64,000 bases of DNA from Mustelus asterias (taxonomy: Eukaryota): positions 1,922,001 to 1,986,000 of the forward strand of contig NW_027590120.1 of the NCBI RefSeq assembly GCF_964213995.1, written 5' to 3'. The position numbers and the translations under genes were made by a program. Under the pieces are notes generated by a model. That model worked only from the letters and a program-made list of their open reading frames with translations. It had not been told where the DNA came from and made no database searches. Shown in pieces: positions 63,741 to 64,000 of the stretch. The first letter of the stretch is position 1. Each line of letters starts with the position of its first letter.

Positions 63741-64000
63741 CATTCTATTACAAGACTAAAATTATAGAATCCCTACAGTGCAGAAGGAGGCTATGAATCT
63801 CATCCAGTCTGCACTGACCACAATCCCACCCAGACCCTATTCCCATAACCCCACTTAATGACCCTGCTATTCCCACAGACACTCGGGTCAATTTTACCAC
63901 GGCCAATCAACCTAACCCGCACATCATTGGACGAACCTGTGTTGAAGATATTAAAAAGGCCATGTGTTTAACATAAAGTCAATTTATTTGACTATTATCC

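Overview
Eukaryotic vertebrate genomic DNA, not prokaryotic. HE1-like V-SINEs with CR1-derived tails and the CR1/Penelope repertoire point to a shark or other elasmobranch (inference). The window is a dense cluster of C2H2 tandem zinc-finger (ZNF) genes. Six full-length ORFs have 9-25 fingers (called A, B, C, D, G, H here), one gene is split by a single frameshift (E), one runs off the left edge, and there are several pseudogenes and remnants. No KRAB/SCAN/BTB-like effector domain is visible. The genes sit as head-to-head pairs around CpG-rich promoters that share a CCAAT-flanked palindrome (TGGAGGACC-N11/14-GGTCCTCCA). They share paralogous intron ends, 5'UTRs made of decayed fingers and 3'UTRs. 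Two genes (12 vs 25 fingers) are arms of a large inverted duplication, with minisatellite-like 84-bp finger repeats that vary mainly at DNA-contact codons. The rest is mostly retroelements: CR1 (including a three-level nest), L2, Tx1, Rex1/Babar-like, Penelope-like elements carrying minimal hammerhead ribozyme motifs, V-SINEs and a solo LTR. All alignments were done by eye, so element boundaries are approximate unless a TSD is given.
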